A DNA stretch of 55,297 bases, filler included, from Streblomastix strix (lineage: Eukaryota), in assembly GCA_008636045.1 (NCBI GenBank). It is 3 parts of 3 records of this genome, joined end to end, with 100 filler letters (N's around TTAATTAATTAA, not from the genome) between each part and the next. Parts side by side here need not be neighbours in the genome. Positions count along the whole stretch, not along the records: positions 36,943 to 55,297 come from SNRW01000612.1; 2 more parts are not named here. One strand, given 5' to 3'. The notes below the pieces were generated by a model. The model made no database searches and was not told the DNA's origin. It was given only the letters and a program-made list of their open reading frames with translations. This document shows positions 53,101 to 55,297 of this stretch, in pieces. The translations under genes were made by a program, and so were the position numbers. Each line of letters starts with the position of its first letter. Position 1 is the stretch's first letter.

Positions 53101-55297
53101 TCAATATAAACAGCTAATAATTAACTGAATTAATAATAATTATTACTATAATCTACGCCACATTTCAATTCCCTTTAGCGAAGAGCTACAACAACAAACA
53201 TTAATCAACAATAATAATAAGGATTATAATAATACAATTAATAATATTAATAGCTAATTACAACCAACAAATTTATTTATCCATCATCATAATTATAATA
53301 AACAAAAGCTTTTTCTTCATAATTTCATTCATTGAATTAATATAATTAAAAACAGAACTAATCTTCTTTATTATCATCATTTATTCCATCTGTATTTAGA
53401 ATATCATAATAATCAACATAATCCAAATTTCCTTAATCTTCCCCAAATATTTAATCTAGTTAAATTCCTCTTCCACTTTTATTATTGTAACTTTTTTATT
53501 TATCATTATTAGCGAGATTTGGAGATTACAATGAAATTAGAGTGAGTATAGAATCTGGAGTTATTTAGGATCACGTTGAAATATTGCATTATTTGTTGTA
53601 TCTGTCAACAGATGGAAAGAAAGAAGAATAATAAAATGAAATAAATTTAAATGATGATAATAATGAAAATATAAATAAAAAGGAAATTTTATTTAGAAAA
53701 ATTAATAAATTATAATAATATTAACAAATTTCATCATTTGTTCTTCCAACATATTCATTTTAACCTCAATTAATATTTGTTGCTTCACAAATAGCTAACA
53801 GATTAAATATGATTGGAATATAATTGATGATCAAATTATATTATGGAGAGTTTGATGTTGCTATATAAAAAGCTAATTAAATAGTCGAAGAAAGAATAAA
53901 TATAAAATAGATTGAAAAATAAATTATGAAAGCAAAAGAAATATTAATATAGAAATATTAAAGAAAGAAAGTAAACCTTAAATTAAATTAATTGGATAAA
54001 GAAAATGATTTAAATGACATAAAGTATTAAATAAATTAAGAAACAATATTCAAATAAAAATACATTCACATAAATGCGAATTATTTTAGTAGAGGTGAAT
54101 ATATAAATAGAGAGCAATTTAATGAGTTACACTTAAATCTTAATGAATATCCAGATTAAAATAATAAATAATATAATAATAAAAATATTCATACGTATTA
54201 ATAAAATGTGTAGATGAATAATTCAAATAATTCAAATTAATTTGAAATCTCGTTATTAAATCATTAAATCAAATCATTGAATTAAATAATTGATACTTAA
54301 TCTTAATCTCTTAATCATATTGATTTTCTTGGATATAATTCAATATCCAATAATAATAATAGATTTGACTATAATGAAGTTTAAAACATAATAAATCAAA
54401 TAACTCAAAATAAAAATAAACAAAAATATGACTAATAAATACTAATTTAATAGCAGAAAGAACAAGAATATCCACGAGATCGAATTCTCAGTAATGCAGA
54501 TAGAGCATTGAATATGCTTTATTATCTTGATGGAACTGATGTCAACAATCCTTCAAACTCAAATTCGTCTTTATCATAGTAATTGTAATAGTAATAAATC
54601 ACTGAAACTGATTTAATGAAATTTAGTAAAATAAATATTGACAATTTTGATGTTGATAAATAAATTGAATTGGATAAAGAGAGAAAAATTAAAACAATTA
54701 TTGGATAAGATGAAACTAACACTGAAGTGAAAAGTCAAGAAAAATAAAATGAAAACATTTAATTACAATAAAATCAAAATTTATTTTTGACATCTAACTA
54801 AAATGTAATAAGAAATACTTTAAATGATTAAAATCTTATTGATGAATAAACTCAATAATTAATTAAGAACAAAGCACTTTAGTGTTATAATTGGTAATAA
54901 AATATTAATATGAATACAAATAATAATATATAAAGAATTAATTCTAAATTATTAAATGAAAATCATATTGTTAGATAAGAAAGAAAATATGCTTTGCATA
55001 TACTAAAATAATTAGAAAAATAAAAAATAAAAGAAAATAAATAAATAAAACGAAGAATATAAGCTTCAAATATGAATTCAAATATTGATTCAGATTCATA
55101 TTCTGATATTGAAAATGATGAAAATGATAAATTTAATTAAGACTATTTCAGTGAATATGATGATAACGAACAACATTTATATGACAGTTATATTCAAATA
55201 TCTTCAATATATAATCATTTCAGAGTAATTGATCAACTTCGCTCATTCATTACACCCTCACTTATAATTAGAATAGTTCAAATGAGAGAAAATAGAA
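41144..55297 (+). CDS. RMC1: RMC1/Mic1 (regulator of MON1-CCZ1, C18orf8) homolog with huge Q/N/S insertions; start upstream unresolved, 3'-truncated
   Basis: Giant exons 42362-46417 and 46510-55297. Colinear RMC1-like blocks: GLKFLLY..KKLKICNVSCGFVE, LSKYQIEI, ILYNKPFI, FSTVDNLLVI..DVQLIDI, SFLFFRSNGKESILSL, and Mic1-like VLRTYFTAL..LLARFGDYNEIRVSIESGVIQDHVEILHYLLYL..ASQIANRL. Match is from memory. Confidence 0.72.
50239..50418 (+). repeat. Coding 36-bp tandem repeat x5, (IFDNSIQQQQQQ)n
   Basis: Units start at 50239, 50275, 50311, 50347, 50383, in frame with the RMC1-like gene. Confidence 0.93.

Noticed and set aside
515..54722. Most short ORFs in the supplied track (poly-L, I/N/K-rich)
   Set aside because: Off-frame or antisense shadows from using the wrong code; only 18593, 20284, 21894 and their mirrors are pieces of real frames.

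Overview
Very AT-rich, intron-containing eukaryotic DNA. It is three unrelated contigs (1-18378, 18479-36842, 36943-55297; 18,378/18,364/18,355 bp, i.e. length-sorted) joined by artificial N44-TTAATTAATTAA-N44 linkers. The supplied ORF track is misleading because TAA and TAG are read as Gln: TAA sits at the conserved Q of the ABC signature, and CAA/TAA interchange within a coding repeat. The code, introns and ARM family suggest an oxymonad similar to Streblomastix (inference). Genes read under that code: a FAN1 N-terminal part, an importin-alpha-like ARM protein, a Zn2Cys6 transcription factor, a ~3,040-codon SHIP164/BLTP3-like chorein protein, an ABCC/MRP C-terminal half, a large unknown protein, an ARM/HEAT protein and a >4,000-codon RMC1/Mic1 homolog. 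Contig 2 is a 9-kb-arm palindrome, most likely a whole-genome-amplification fold-back. Main lead: TGA ends genes but also occurs in frame inside several genes on all three contigs. The FAN1 sites fit Arg/Gln, while other sites fit Trp. This is a candidate code with no dedicated stop codon; nonsense decay or C>T artefact is not excluded.
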